Shown: piece after piece, positions 36,139-48,113 of the stretch | How the letters are laid out: every line of letters starts with the position of its first letter | How positions within the stretch are numbered: the first letter of the stretch is position 1 | NCBI RefSeq assembly: GCF_003334355.1 | Contig: NZ_QOWP01000007.1 | Length of the DNA: 64,000 nt | DNA from: Escherichia coli | Lineage (GTDB): Bacteria; Pseudomonadota; Gammaproteobacteria; Enterobacterales; Enterobacteriaceae | Reading direction: 5' to 3' (one strand) | Position numbers and translations under genes: made by a program | The notes under the pieces: model-generated | Seen by the model: only the letters and a program-made list of their open reading frames with translations | What the model was told of the DNA's origin: nothing | Database searches by the model: none

Positions 36139-36144
36139 AGAAAA

Positions 36145-36175
36145 GGGGTAACACCGATTACCCCATTGATAACCT
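36145..36175 (+). terminator. putative terminator of the rsx-nth operon
   Basis: Hairpin ggggtaa-caccgat-tacccc immediately after the nth stop, followed by a moderately T-rich stretch. Confidence 0.45.
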
Positions 36176-36748
36176 TTCTTTATCCTCTTTTAAAACATCT
36201 TTTTAACGTCAATGATGCCATTGCTTAGCGTTATCATCAGGTAATCCGTTTGCGGATAACCAAAAATGCAGGTTAATTGTTTTTTTAATAGCGAAATTTT
36301 CTATTCATTCGTGATCAAGATCACGATGCTGTCGCAATGTAAAAACATTGCAAGAATCAGGTTAAAATCATTTAAATTTACACACGCAACAAATATTGAC
36401 CTACAAAACATTACACTGGCTATTTTTCAGAAACTGGACTATCTCACTAGTAAAAACGCTAAATAGCAGAACATATCGCCGTTAAGCCATCCCCCCCCTC
36501 TCAGTGCAGTGAAAAAATCTGCCGTTACGTTTTTTGAAAAATTTAACGCTGGATAACATTTCCCGGAATGGTTGAATTCCCCGCCTCAGTTATATGTAAC
36601 AGATTATTACAAAGGACTTGTCTGAAAGTGCAAGATAGTGAACATTACCTGCCGTTTCCCCTCCCACTATAACAATTGCGCGTATGTTTTTTATACATAA
36701 CGCGAGAAAGCACCCCCGTTAATATGGGATGTAAAAAAAGAGGTAAAA

Positions 36749-38251
36749 GTGTCCACTGCAAACCAAAAACCAACTGAAAGCGTCAGTTTGAACGCTTTCA
36801 AACAACCGAAGGCGTTCTATCTCATCTTCTCGATTGAGTTATGGGAACGTTTTGGTTATTACGGCCTACAAGGAATTATGGCTGTTTACCTGGTTAAACA
36901 ACTGGGTATGTCTGAAGCGGATTCAATCACCCTTTTCTCTTCCTTTAGTGCCCTGGTTTATGGTCTGGTCGCTATCGGCGGCTGGTTAGGTGACAAGGTA
37001 CTGGGTACTAAACGCGTAATTATGCTCGGCGCTATTGTGCTGGCGATTGGTTATGCTCTGGTTGCCTGGTCTGGTCACGACGCCGGTATCGTTTATATGG
37101 GTATGGCGGCTATTGCGGTCGGTAACGGCCTGTTTAAAGCTAACCCGTCTTCTCTGCTTTCTACATGCTATGAGAAAAACGACCCGCGTCTGGACGGTGC
37201 ATTCACCATGTACTACATGTCCGTCAACATCGGCTCTTTCTTCTCTATGATTGCTACGCCGTGGCTGGCCGCGAAATACGGCTGGAGTGTTGCGTTTGCG
37301 TTGAGCGTTGTAGGCCTGCTGATCACTATCGTTAACTTCGCCTTCTGCCAACGCTGGGTTAAACAGTACGGTTCAAAACCAGACTTCGAGCCTATCAACT
37401 ACCGTAACCTGCTGCTGACCATTATTGGTGTTGTGGCACTGATCGCTATCGCCACCTGGCTGCTGCACAATCAGGAAGTTGCGCGTATGGCGCTGGGCGT
37501 TGTTGCCTTCGGTATCGTGGTTATCTTCGGTAAAGAAGCCTTCGCGATGAAAGGTGCTGCGCGTCGTAAAATGATCGTTGCCTTCATCCTGATGCTCGAA
37601 GCCATTATCTTCTTCGTGCTGTACAGCCAGATGCCAACGTCACTGAACTTCTTTGCGATTCGTAACGTTGAGCACTCCATTCTGGGTCTGGCCGTAGAAC
37701 CTGAGCAGTATCAGGCACTGAACCCGTTCTGGATCATCATCGGTAGTCCGATTCTGGCCGCTATCTATAACAAGATGGGCGATACCCTGCCGATGCCAAC
37801 CAAGTTTGCAATCGGCATGGTGATGTGTTCTGGTGCGTTCCTGATTCTGCCGCTGGGTGCGAAATTCGCGTCTGACGCTGGTATCGTGTCTGTAAGCTGG
37901 CTGGTCGCAAGCTATGGCCTGCAGAGCATCGGGGAACTGATGATCTCTGGTCTGGGTCTGGCAATGGTTGCTCAACTCGTTCCGCAGCGTCTGATGGGCT
38001 TCATTATGGGTAGCTGGTTCCTGACCACTGCCGGTGCAAACCTGATTGGTGGTTATGTTGCGGGTATGATGGCTGTGCCGGATAACGTTACCGATCCGCT
38101 GATGTCACTGGAAGTCTATGGTCGCGTATTCTTGCAGATTGGTGTCGCTACTGCCGTTATTGCAGTACTGATGCTGCTGACCGCGCCGAAACTGCACCGC
38201 ATGACGCAGGATGACGCTGCAGACAAAGCGGCGAAAGCAGCCGTAGCGTAA
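36749..38251 (+). CDS. dtpA: proton-dependent di/tripeptide permease (POT family)
   Basis: ORF track 500 aa; apparent GTG start preceded by the RBS aaagagg; matches DtpA (TppB/YdgR). Confidence 0.95.
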   Translation: MSTANQKPTESVSLNAFKQPKAFYLIFSIELWERFGYYGLQGIMAVYLVKQLGMSEADSITLFSSFSALVYGLVAIGGWLGDKVLGTKRVIMLGAIVLAIGYALVAWSGHDAGIVYMGMAAIAVGNGLFKANPSSLLSTCYEKNDPRLDGAFTMYYMSVNIGSFFSMIATPWLAAKYGWSVAFALSVVGLLITIVNFAFCQRWVKQYGSKPDFEPINYRNLLLTIIGVVALIAIATWLLHNQEVARMALGVVAFGIVVIFGKEAFAMKGAARRKMIVAFILMLEAIIFFVLYSQMPTSLNFFAIRNVEHSILGLAVEPEQYQALNPFWIIIGSPILAAIYNKMGDTLPMPTKFAIGMVMCSGAFLILPLGAKFASDAGIVSVSWLVASYGLQSIGELMISGLGLAMVAQLVPQRLMGFIMGSWFLTTAGANLIGGYVAGMMAVPDNVTDPLMSLEVYGRVFLQIGVATAVIAVLMLLTAPKLHRMTQDDAADKAAKAAVA

Positions 38252-38272
38252 AATTCAGGGAAACTCTTTTAC

Positions 38273-38306
38273 AAGCCGCTAACTTTTCGTTAGCGGCTTT
38301 TTTTTT
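38273..38306 (+). terminator. rho-independent terminator after dtpA
   Basis: Hairpin agccgctaac-ttttcg-ttagcggct followed by 9 T. Confidence 0.8.
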
Positions 38307-38356
38307 GTTCAGCAACGCACTACCATACTTTAAACCACAGACAAAAGGAGTTACCG

Positions 38357-38962
38357 ATGAAATTGTTCTACAAACCGGGTGCCTGCTCTCTCGCTTCCCA
38401 TATCACCCTGCGTGAGAGCGGAAAGGATTTTACCCTCGTCAGTGTGGATTTAATGAAAAAACGTCTCGAAAACGGTGACGATTACTTTGCCGTTAACCCT
38501 AAGGGGCAGGTGCCTGCATTGCTGCTGGATGACGGTACTTTGCTGACGGAAGGCGTAGCGATTATGCAGTATCTTGCCGACAGCGTCCCCGACCGCCAGT
38601 TGCTGGCACCGGTAAACAGTATTTCCCGCTATAAAACCATCGAATGGCTGAATTACATCGCCACCGAGCTGCATAAAGGTTTCACACCTCTGTTTCGCCC
38701 TGATACACCGGAAGAGTACAAACCGACAGTTCGCGCGCAGCTGGAGAAGAAGCTGCAATATGTGAACGAGGCACTGAAGGATGAGCACTGGATCTGCGGG
38801 CAAAGATTTACAATTGCTGATGCCTATCTGTTTACGGTTCTGCGCTGGGCATACGCGGTGAAACTGAATCTGGAAGGGTTAGAGCACATTGCAGCATTTA
38901 TGCAACGTATGGCTGAACGTCCGGAAGTACAAGACGCGCTGTCAGCGGAAGGCTTAAAGTAA
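38357..38962 (+). CDS. gstA: glutathione S-transferase
   Basis: ORF track 201 aa; matches GstA. Confidence 0.95.
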
Positions 38963-38967
38963 TAGCC

Positions 38968-38993
38968 ATCGGCCCACAGGTCGTTGTGGGCCG
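38968..38993. terminator. putative stem-loop between convergent gstA and pdxY
   Basis: Hairpin ggcccaca-ggtcgt-tgtgggcc; flanking U-tracts are weak on both strands. Confidence 0.35.
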
Positions 38994-39005
38994 AAATGAG
39001 ATATT

Positions 39006-39869
39006 TCAGAGCTTTGTTGCGCTGAAGTAATGTTCTGGTTTGGCAATACGATCCTGAGCAGCCACCACTTGCAGCTCATATTCCTGCATTGCTTTGGTGG
39101 TCACCATGATTTCGTAGACTGCAGCGGTCACATGTTCCAGCGCCTCCTGCAGCGTTGCCCCCTGAAGCAGTTTCACCAGCAGTAAACCGCTCGTCACATC
39201 ACCAACACCTACCGGCTGGCGCATACCAAAATCCACCAGCGGACGGCTGATATGCCAGGCTTCATCGGCGGTGACCAGCAGCATTTCAAAACGGTCACGG
39301 CTGTAGCCAGCTCGCGCCAGGTGTTTAACCAACACAATTTGTGGCCCTTGCGCAATGAGTTCGCGCGCTGCCAGAACCGCTTCTTCGACGTTATTTACCG
39401 CATGCTCACAGAGTATTTCCAGCTCAACCAGATTTGGCGCAATGATATCGCTGGCAGGCAAACCGTGCCGCACATGAAACTCTGCGACACCCGGTGCAAC
39501 GATACAGCCTTTTTCCGGATGCCCCATTACCGGATCGCAAAAATATTTCGCCTGCGGATTCGCGGCTTTCACCTGACGGACGATACCGAGGATATGTTCA
39601 CCCTGCTCCGCCGATCCCAGATAGCCACTTAATACGGCATCACAGGTGTGTAATTTATCAATGGCGGCAATGCCTTGCACAATTTCGGTTAAATGGCTGG
39701 GCGGCATCACGCAGCCAGTCCATTTGCCGTATTGGGTGTGATTAGAAAATTGAACGGTGTTCAGCGGCCAGACGTTCGCGCCCAGGCGGCGCATCGGAAA
39801 CTCTGCCGCACTGTTACCCGCATGACCATAAACAACGTGAGACTGGATAGCGAGAATATTTTTCATCAT
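39006..39869 (-). CDS. pdxY: pyridoxal kinase 2
   Basis: ORF track 287 aa; matches PdxY; last gene of the pdxH-tyrS-pdxY cluster. Confidence 0.95.
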   Translation of the reverse strand: MMKNILAIQSHVVYGHAGNSAAEFPMRRLGANVWPLNTVQFSNHTQYGKWTGCVMPPSHLTEIVQGIAAIDKLHTCDAVLSGYLGSAEQGEHILGIVRQVKAANPQAKYFCDPVMGHPEKGCIVAPGVAEFHVRHGLPASDIIAPNLVELEILCEHAVNNVEEAVLAARELIAQGPQIVLVKHLARAGYSRDRFEMLLVTADEAWHISRPLVDFGMRQPVGVGDVTSGLLLVKLLQGATLQEALEHVTAAVYEIMVTTKAMQEYELQVVAAQDRIAKPEHYFSATKL

Positions 39870-39927
39870 GTTCCCTGTATAAAAACCAGGGGGAGTGATT
39901 TCTCACTCCCCCTTTCCACTTAATGCA

Positions 39928-41202
39928 TTATTTCCAGCAAATCAGACAGTAATTCTTTTTACCGCGACGCAGTAAGGTAAAACGACCAAATAGACGATCT
40001 TCTTCTTTAAAGAAGTATTCAGGATCGGACTGTTTTTCACCGTTAATGGTGATGGCATTGGAGGCGATAGTTTTACGTGCCTGACCACGGGAAGGTTGCA
40101 GTTCAGAATCGACCAGTGCCTGCATCAGGTCTGCGCCCTTTTCCATCTCAACCATCGGTACGCCGTCCTGCGCCAGCTGTTCGAAGTCCGCTTCACTCAG
40201 CGCACTCAAAGAACCGCTGAACAGGCATTCGGTAATACGTTTTGCCGCCTGTAAACCTTCTTCACCGTGAACCAGACGAGTCACCTGCTCCGCCAGTACA
40301 TACTGGGCGCGCGGTGCTTTACCGCTGTTTTTATCTTCTTCTTCCAGGGCGTTGATCTCTTCAATGCTCATAAAGGTGAAGAACTTCAGGAAGCGGTAAA
40401 CGTCGGCATCCGCAGTGTTGATCCAGAACTGGTAGAATTTGTACGGGCTGGTTTTCTTCGGATCCAACCAGACTGCGCCGCCTTCAGTTTTACCAAATTT
40501 GGTGCCATCTGCTTTAGTGATCAGCGGAACGGTCAGGCCAAACACCTGATTCTGATGCAGACGACGGGTCAGGTCGATACCAGAAGTGATGTTACCCCAC
40601 TGGTCAGAACCACCAATTTGCAGCACCACACCGTACTGTTTGTTCAGACAGGCGAAGTCATAACCCTGCAACAGGTTGTAGGAAAACTCAGTGAACGAAA
40701 TCCCCTGATCTTCACGGTTGAGACGCTGCTTAACCGCTTCTTTGTTGATCATCTGGTTAACGGAGAAGTGTTTGCCAATATCGCGCAGGAAGGTCAGCAC
40801 ATTCATATTGCCGAACCAGTCATAGTTGTTCGCCGCGATAGCAGAGTTTTCTCCACAGTCGAAATCGAGGAACGGGGCAACCTGCTTACGGATTTTGTCC
40901 ACCCACTCCTGAACAGTTTCTTCGGTGTTCAGCTTACGCTCGGCAGCTTTGAAGCTCGGGTCGCCAATCAGACCCGTCGCGCCGCCTACCAGCGCAACCG
41001 GCTTGTGGCCCGCCTGCTGGAAGCGTTTCAGGCATAACAATGGAACAAGATGCCCCAAATGCAAGCTGTCAGCGGTAGGATCGAAGCCGCAATAGAGCGC
41101 GATCGGGCCTTGCGCCAGTCGCTCTGCTAACGCTTCCTCGTCCGTCACCTGGGCTACCAGCCCCCGCTCTTGCAATTGTTTAATCAAGTTACTGCTTGCC
41201 AT
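39928..41202 (-). CDS. tyrS: tyrosine--tRNA ligase
   Basis: ORF track 39928..41214; recognised start [14 protein letters not shown] is 4 codons in, giving 424 aa; class I HLGH (HIGH-type) motif and KFGKT (KMSKS-type) motif. Confidence 0.97.
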
Positions 41203-41330
41203 CAAAATCTCCATGTATATAACGACTGCACCTTTGCCGGTACACGACTTTTCGCCAGATGCGAAAGAGACATAGAATAAAGTGCCAGAATCAGGAGTAC
41301 CAGCGATTAAAGCAAGATTTTTGCATCTTT

Positions 41331-41987
41331 TCAGGGTGCAAGACGATCAATCTTCCACGCATCATTTTCACGCTGGTACAAAAAGCGGTCATGCAGGCGA
41401 TGCTCACCACCCTGCCAGAACTCAATCTGTTCAAGGCTGACGCGAAAACCGCCCCAAAAGCTCGGCAATGGCACTTCGCCCTGTTGAAACTTCTGCTTCA
41501 GCTCCAGGAATTTACTTTCAAGGATACCGCGGGCAGAAATGCGACTGGACTGCTTCGAAACCCATGCACCAATCTGGCTATCACGCGGGCGGCTATGAAA
41601 ATATTTCATCACTTCGAGAGTCGAAAGTCGTTCTGCTTTACCGATCACCATCACCTGGCGCTCAAGGGTATGCCACGGGAACAGCAGGCTAACGCGCGGA
41701 TTATTTTCGATTTGATGTGCTTTACGGCTGCCGAGGTTGGTGTAAAACACCATGCCTTTTTCGTCGTAATGTTTGAGTAAAACGATGCGCTGATAAGGCT
41801 GACCATGTTCATCCACGGTAGCGACCACCATCGCGGTAGGGTCCGCCAGTTTGGCTTCACAAGCCTGAGAGAGCCAACGTTCAAAAAGGGTTAATGGATC
41901 GGCGGGAAGATCGCGGCGGCGTAACCCGCCTTTGGTGTATTCACGGCGCAGATGCGCGATTTGCTGCAATTCGTCGTTATCAGACAT
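41331..41987 (-). CDS. pdxH: pyridoxine/pyridoxamine 5'-phosphate oxidase
   Basis: ORF track 218 aa; matches PdxH. Confidence 0.96.
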
Positions 41988-42045
41988 GGTTTTCTTTACG
42001 GATTGTCAGTGGGTGACGCTATTGTGCGCCGCCCCTGGAAAAATC

Positions 42046-42375
42046 TCAACGCTGTGGATTTTGTAACTGACAGTTATTCAAGACGATGCGGTCGCGTTTA
42101 TAGACAGTCGCTTCATCGCCTTTCGACCAGAAAACATAGATTCCGTCAGTGTAACGCGCGCCAGAGGCTGAAATGCCCTGTTTGAGATGCAGTAGTTGAT
42201 TATCGTAAACAAAACTGACCTCCTGGCGCGGATTATTCAGTTTGACCGTCAACGGTTTTTCATCACACTGGTATTCCAGCGTATCGGTTTGCATGCGCTC
42301 AACCAGCTGATTAAAGGCGCTACAGCCGGAGAGAAGGACCGGCAAAATGATAATTAACAGTTTTTTCATAGTCAT
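42046..42375 (-). CDS. mliC: membrane-bound lysozyme inhibitor of C-type lysozyme (lipoprotein)
   Basis: ORF track 109 aa; lipobox LLSGCS; matches MliC (YdhA). Confidence 0.92.
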   Translation of the reverse strand: MTMKKLLIIILPVLLSGCSAFNQLVERMQTDTLEYQCDEKPLTVKLNNPRQEVSFVYDNQLLHLKQGISASGARYTDGIYVFWSKGDEATVYKRDRIVLNNCQLQNPQR

Positions 42376-42472
42376 ATCCCGAAGACTTTCCTGGTCTGGA
42401 GGGCAATACGCCCTCCCTAACGTTCCAAGTGTAACGGCAGACGCGGTAAGAAAAATTCAGTTAACTCTGATA

Positions 42473-43582
42473 TCACGGGTTAGCGGGGAAAATAGCCCCC
42501 AGTACCGTCTCCTGGCTTGCGCCAGTGACGGAAGGCAGATTTCCTGGTAATCCCGCCAGCGTCCGCCAGGCAAGCCAGGCGAAAGCCAATGCTTCCATGT
42601 CATCGCCACTAATGCCAACGGCATCGGTGGTGGTGACTTCTGTGCCTGGCAGTAATGCCGCCAGACGCGCCATGAGTAGCGGATTACGACTACCTCCACC
42701 ACATACCATCAATCGTTCGCAGCCACCGCTCAACAAAACTTGTTCAGAAATGGTCACGGCGGTGAGTTCTGCCAGTGTCGCCTGCACATCTCGGGGATCA
42801 ACACCCGGAAAATGGCGCAAATGGCGCTCCAGCCAACCATAGTTAAAGTATTCGCGTCCGGTGCTTTTCGGTGCAGGTTGCGAGAAATACGGGTCGCTGA
42901 GCATATTTTGCAGCAGTGGGAGAATAACTTTACCCGCCCGTGCCCACTCGGCATCTTTATCGTAAGGTTTACCGGCCTGACGCCAGATCCAGGCATCCAT
43001 CAGCATGTTACCAGGACCGGTATCGTAGCCCCCAACCGGCTGCCCAGGAATGAGCAGTGACAGATTGGCGATGCCGCCAATATTGAGCACCATTCGTCGC
43101 TCGGTTGGGTGAGCCAGCAGCGCATGATGGAACGCAGGTACCAGCGGTGCGCCTTGTCCTCCCAAGGCAATATCGCGACGGCGAAAATCACCGACAACCG
43201 TAATTCCGGTGCGTGCCACAATTTGATTGTTATCGCCAATCTGTAAAGTGTGTGGTGCCACGCCCGTCGGTTCATGCCAGACGGTTTGACCGTGACAACC
43301 GATCGCAACTATATCTCTTGCCTGCAGATTTTGTTCCTTAAGCAAGGCATTGACCGCATCAGCAAAAAGTCGCCCGAGTTGAGTATCAAGCTGTCCAAAC
43401 TGCGAAAGTGTAAGCTGCTGGCCCTGGCAAATATCCAGTACAGCCTGTTTCAGAGATACCGGGATCGGCCAACTCAAACTTGCCAGCTGTGCGACCCGGT
43501 GTTCATCAATTGTCGCCAACACAACATCAACACCATCAAGGCTGGTGCCTGACATAACGCCAATAAAGCGGCCCGATTTCAT
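42473..43582 (-). CDS. anmK: anhydro-N-acetylmuramic acid kinase
   Basis: ORF track 369 aa; N-terminal [12 protein letters not shown] motif; matches AnmK. Confidence 0.95.
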
Positions 43583-43715
43583 AGTTCATCCTTTTTCAAT
43601 CTGACGTTTGCGCACCACTCAAACATAAACTTTTCGTGAATACCATGCGGAATGACCGATTTTTACCGTTGGTAGTAAAACATTATCTTCAAATCAATAA
43701 TCATCATGAATGTTT

Positions 43716-43732
43716 TGTTTATAATTGGTTGA
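43716..43732 (+). promoter_or_regulatory. probable PhoP box (TGTTTA-N5-GGTTGA) in the slyB promoter
   Basis: tgtttataattggttga about 125 nt upstream of the slyB start; slyB is a known PhoP-activated gene. Confidence 0.5.
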
Positions 43733-43855
43733 TCCTACTTTCATTATGATTTGCTCATATTTGGTAGAACATGTAACCATGGATTCACATATGCCATATA
43801 CTTTGACCATGAGGGATGCTTGCGTGGCGTTTCATGGTGAACAGGAGATTTTTCA

Positions 43856-44323
43856 ATGATTAAACGCGTATTGGTTGTTTCAATGGTAGGTCTGTCTCTT
43901 GTCGGTTGTGTTAATAACGACACCCTGTCAGGGGATGTTTATACCGCTTCTGAAGCGAAACAAGTACAGAATGTCAGCTATGGCACCATCGTTAACGTAC
44001 GTCCGGTACAGATTCAGGGCGGTGATGATTCCAACGTTATCGGTGCAATTGGCGGTGCTGTTCTTGGTGGTTTCCTGGGGAATACTGTTGGTGGCGGAAC
44101 CGGGCGTTCTCTGGCTACTGCAGCAGGCGCTGTTGCAGGTGGCGTAGCTGGTCAGGGCGTACAGAGTGCAATGAACAAAACGCAGGGTGTCGAGCTGGAA
44201 ATTCGTAAAGACGATGGTAATACCATCATGGTGGTACAGAAACAAGGCAACACTCGTTTCTCTCCGGGCCAACGTGTCGTACTGGCCAGCAATGGCAGTC
44301 AGGTGACCGTTTCTCCGCGCTAA
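43856..44323 (+). CDS. slyB: outer membrane lipoprotein SlyB (glycine-zipper)
   Basis: ORF track 155 aa; lipobox LVGC; Gly-rich segment. Confidence 0.95.
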   Translation: MIKRVLVVSMVGLSLVGCVNNDTLSGDVYTASEAKQVQNVSYGTIVNVRPVQIQGGDDSNVIGAIGGAVLGGFLGNTVGGGTGRSLATAAGAVAGGVAGQGVQSAMNKTQGVELEIRKDDGNTIMVVQKQGNTRFSPGQRVVLASNGSQVTVSPR

Positions 44324-44331
44324 ATAAGTTT

Positions 44332-44360
44332 GCGTGTGGTCAGGTTACTGACCACACGCC
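44332..44360. terminator. putative stem-loop between convergent slyB and slyA
   Basis: Hairpin gcgtgtggtcag-gttact-gaccacacgc; no strong U-tract on either strand. Confidence 0.4.
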
Positions 44361-44369
44361 CCCTTCATT

Positions 44370-44810
44370 TCACCCTTTGGCCTGTAACTCAATGATATTA
44401 TGCTCAAGTTTTGCGATGAGCGTAATCAGTTGCTCCAGTTCCTCTGCGGAGATGCCATGTAATATTTCCGCGCGGGTTTTGTTAATAACAGCTTCCATTT
44501 CGCTGATCAGCGGCTCTGCCTTTTCCGTCAGTTTAATACGTTTAGCCCGACGATCGCTGGCACAAGTTTGACGCGAAATTAACCCTTTTTCTTCCAGTTG
44601 GTCCAGAGTACGGACCAGTGATGGCTGCTCGATGCCAATCGCTTTTGCCAGTTGAATTTGCGACTGGTCTGGAGGTAACTGATGGATATTGTGTAACGTA
44701 ACCCAATGGGTTTGTGTTAACTCCAGCGGTTTCAGGCGATGGTCTATCAGAGCACGCCATATGCGCACCAACCGTGCCAGATCAGAACCTAGTGGCGATT
44801 CCAATTTCAT
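44370..44810 (-). CDS. slyA: MarR-family transcriptional regulator SlyA
   Basis: ORF track 146 aa from an ATG ([10 protein letters not shown]...); the start often given for this protein is 2 codons downstream (TTG), so the true start could be 44804. Confidence 0.93.
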
Positions 44811-45013
44811 CTCCTTATAATTAGCTTGCTAAGATATTATGCGGCTTTTAGAATAGTGTGCAGCAATTGTATTGCTAAAACAAATGTATTGCTGCATTTG
44901 GTTACCGTCAGACATATTTTTCAGAAATTGCGCGTAAATTTTTCGCACTTAAAGAATATTTATTAATCTAACGCAATATATTCGGTCGTAAAGGAATCTA
45001 CTTTGTAAAGTTT

Positions 45014-45241
45014 ATGCTCAATGCAACAGGATTGCCCTTACAAGATCTGGTGTTCGGTGCGTCCGTCTACTTTCCTCCGTTTTTCAAAGCCTTCGCGTTT
45101 GGATTCGTCATCTGGCTTGTCGTACACCGCCTGCTTCGTGGCTGGATCTACGCCGGTGACATCTGGCATCCCTTGTTAATGGATTTATCGCTGTTTGCGA
45201 TTTGCGTTTGCCTTGCTCTGGCAATACTGATTGCGTGGTAA
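45014..45241 (+). CDS. ydhI: DUF1656 small inner membrane protein (AaeX paralog)
   Basis: ORF track 75 aa; hydrophobic; start-codon choice is uncertain (I recall the annotated protein as slightly longer). Confidence 0.8.
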
Positions 45242-45243
45242 CT

Positions 45244-46101
45244 ATGTCAATTAAAACAATTAAGTATTTCTCAACAATCATTGTAGCGGTAGTTGCGGTT
45301 CTTGCCGGATGGTGGCTGTGGAATTATTACATGCAATCTCCGTGGACACGCGACGGGAAAATACGCGCAGAACAGGTTTCTATCACCCCACAGGTGTCGG
45401 GACGTATTGTTGAGCTGAATATAAAAGACAACCAGCTGGTTAACGCGGGGGATCTTCTGCTCACGATCGATAAAACGCCCTTTCAGATCGCCGAGCTGAA
45501 CGCACAGGCTCAGCTGGCGAAAGCGCAATCTGACCTCGCAAAAGCCAATAACGAAGCGAATCGTCGTCGTCATCTCTCACAAAATTTTATTTCTGCCGAA
45601 GAACTCGATACCGCTAACCTCAATGTTAAAGCGATGCAGGCCAGTGTTGATGCCGCACAGGCGACGCTGAAACAGGCACAATGGCAACTGGCGCAAACGG
45701 AAATTCGCGCTCCGGTGAGTGGATGGGTGACTAACCTTACTACCCGCATCGGCGATTACGCTGATACCGGGAAACCGCTGTTTGCCCTTGTCGACAGCCA
45801 CTCGTTTTACGTCATTGGTTATTTTGAAGAAACCAAGTTGCGCCATATCCGCGAAGGTGCACCAGCACAAATTACCCTCTATAGTGATAACAAAACGTTA
45901 CACGGTCACGTTTCCAGTATCGGTCGGGCGATTTATGATCAGAGCGTTGAAAGTGACTCAAGCCTTATTCCGGATGTTAAACCTAACGTCCCCTGGGTTC
46001 GACTCGCCCAACGCGTTCCCGTCCGCTTTGCGCTGGATAAAGTCCCAGGCGATGTCACGTTGGTGTCGGGCACCACCTGTAGCATTGCCGTAGGTCAATA
46101 A
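45244..46101 (+). CDS. ydhJ: HlyD-family membrane fusion protein (AaeA paralog)
   Basis: ORF track 45202..46101; recognised start [20 protein letters not shown] is 14 codons in, giving 285 aa; start lies 2 nt after the ydhI stop. Confidence 0.9.
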   Translation: MSIKTIKYFSTIIVAVVAVLAGWWLWNYYMQSPWTRDGKIRAEQVSITPQVSGRIVELNIKDNQLVNAGDLLLTIDKTPFQIAELNAQAQLAKAQSDLAKANNEANRRRHLSQNFISAEELDTANLNVKAMQASVDAAQATLKQAQWQLAQTEIRAPVSGWVTNLTTRIGDYADTGKPLFALVDSHSFYVIGYFEETKLRHIREGAPAQITLYSDNKTLHGHVSSIGRAIYDQSVESDSSLIPDVKPNVPWVRLAQRVPVRFALDKVPGDVTLVSGTTCSIAVGQ

Positions 46102-48113
46102 TGAACGCATCGTCATGGTCCTTGCGCAATTTGCCCTGGTTCAGGGCCACGCTGGCGCAATGGCGTTATGCGTTACGCAATACCATTGCCATGTGTCTGG
46201 CGCTGACGGTTGCCTATTATTTAAATCTGGATGAACCCTATTGGGCGATGACCTCGGCTGCAGTGGTTAGCTTTCCCACCGTTGGCGGTGTTATCAGCAA
46301 AAGCCTCGGACGCATCGCTGGCAGTTTGCTCGGAGCCATTGCGGCACTGCTTCTTGCCGGGCATACGCTCAATGAGCCGTGGTTTTTTCTATTGAGCATG
46401 TCGGCGTGGCTTGGCTTTTGTACCTGGGCCTGTGCGCACTTCACGAATAACGTCGCGTATGCATTTCAACTGGCGGGCTACACGGCTGCCATCATCGCCT
46501 TTCCGATGGTTAATATTACTGAGGCCAGCCAGCTGTGGGATATCGCTCAGGCGCGCGTTTGCGAGGTGATTGTCGGCATTTTGTGCGGCGGCATGATGAT
46601 GATGATCCTGCCTAGCAGTTCCGATGCTACAGCCCTTTTAACCGCATTGAAAAACATGCACGCCCGACTACTTGAACATGCCAGTTTACTCTGGCAGCCT
46701 GAAACAACCGATGCCATTCGTGCAGCACATGAAGGGGTGATTGGACAGATACTGACCATGAATTTGCTGCGTATCCAGGCTTTCTGGAGCCACTATCGTT
46801 TTCGCCAGCAAAACGCGCGCCTTAATGCGCTGCTCCACCAGCAATTACGTATGACCAGTGTCATCTCCAGCCTGCGACGTATGTTGCTCAACTGGCCCTC
46901 ACCGCCAGGTGCCACACGAGAAATTCTCGAACAGTTGCTGACGGCGCTCGCCAGTTCGCAAACAGATGTTTACACCGTCGCACGTATTATCGCCCCGCTA
47001 CGCCCGACCAACGTCGCCGACTATCGGCACGTCGCCTTCTGGCAGCGACTACGTTATTTTTGCCACCTTTATCTGCAAAGTAGTCAGGAATTACATCGTC
47101 TGCAAAGCGGTGTAGATGATCATACCAGACTCCCACGGACATCCGGCCTGGCTCGTCATACCGATAACGCCGAAGCTATGTGGAGCGGGCTGCGTACATT
47201 TTGTACGTTGATGATGATTGGCGCATGGAGTATTGCTTCGCAATGGGATGCCGGTGCCAATGCATTAACGCTGGCAGCAATTAGCTGCGTACTCTACTCC
47301 GCCGTCGCAGCACCGTTTAAGTCGTTGTCACTTCTGATGCGCACGCTGGTGTTACTTTCGCTATTCAGCTTTGTGGTCAAATTTGGTCTGATGGTCCAGA
47401 TTAGCGATCTGTGGCAATTTTTACTGTTTCTCTTTCCACTGCTGGCGACAATGCAGCTTCTTAAATTGCAGATGCCAAAATTTGCCGCATTGTGGGGGCA
47501 ACTGATTGTTTTTATGGGTTCTTTTATCGCTGTCACTAATCCCCCGGTGTATGATTTTGCTGATTTTCTTAACGATAATCTGGCAAAAATCGTTGGCGTC
47601 GCGTTGGCGTGGTTAGCGTTCGCCATTCTGCGTCCAGGATCGGATGCTCGTAAAAGCCGCCGCCATATTCGCGCGCTGCGCCGGGATTTTGTCGATCAGC
47701 TAAGCCGCCATCCAACACTGAGTGAAAGCGAATTTGAATCGCTCACTTATCATCACGTCAGTCAGTTGAGTAACAGCCAGGATGCGCTGGCTCGCCGTTG
47801 GTTATTACGCTGGGGTGTAGTGCTGCTGAACTGTTCTCATGTTGTCTGGCAATTGCGCGACTGGGAATCGCGTTCCGATCCGTTATCGCGAGTACGGGAT
47901 AACTGTATTTCACTGTTGCGGGGAGTGATGAGTGAGCGTGGCGTTCAGCAAAAATCACTGGCGGCCACACTTGAAGAATTACAGCGGATTTGCGACAGCC
48001 TTGCCCGTCATCATCAACCTGCCGCCCGTGAGCTGGCGGCAATTGTCTGGCGGCTGTACTGCTCGCTTTCGCAACTTGAGCAAGCACCACCGCAAGGTAC
48101 GCTGGCCTCTTAA
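46101..48113 (+). CDS. ydhK: FUSC/AaeB-family putative efflux transporter
   Basis: ORF track 670 aa; start overlaps the ydhJ stop; matches YdhK. Confidence 0.9.
   Translation: MNASSWSLRNLPWFRATLAQWRYALRNTIAMCLALTVAYYLNLDEPYWAMTSAAVVSFPTVGGVISKSLGRIAGSLLGAIAALLLAGHTLNEPWFFLLSMSAWLGFCTWACAHFTNNVAYAFQLAGYTAAIIAFPMVNITEASQLWDIAQARVCEVIVGILCGGMMMMILPSSSDATALLTALKNMHARLLEHASLLWQPETTDAIRAAHEGVIGQILTMNLLRIQAFWSHYRFRQQNARLNALLHQQLRMTSVISSLRRMLLNWPSPPGATREILEQLLTALASSQTDVYTVARIIAPLRPTNVADYRHVAFWQRLRYFCHLYLQSSQELHRLQSGVDDHTRLPRTSGLARHTDNAEAMWSGLRTFCTLMMIGAWSIASQWDAGANALTLAAISCVLYSAVAAPFKSLSLLMRTLVLLSLFSFVVKFGLMVQISDLWQFLLFLFPLLATMQLLKLQMPKFAALWGQLIVFMGSFIAVTNPPVYDFADFLNDNLAKIVGVALAWLAFAILRPGSDARKSRRHIRALRRDFVDQLSRHPTLSESEFESLTYHHVSQLSNSQDALARRWLLRWGVVLLNCSHVVWQLRDWESRSDPLSRVRDNCISLLRGVMSERGVQQKSLAATLEELQRICDSLARHHQPAARELAAIVWRLYCSLSQLEQAPPQGTLAS

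Noticed and set aside
36266-36466. 66-aa ORF in the nth-dtpA intergenic region
   Set aside because: No Shine-Dalgarno sequence and AT-rich low-complexity translation; kept only as a low-priority candidate within the intergenic-region finding.
40267-41037. 256-aa plus-strand ORF antisense to tyrS
   Set aside because: Entirely inside the essential, strongly supported tyrS gene on the other strand; typical antisense open frame with no start context.
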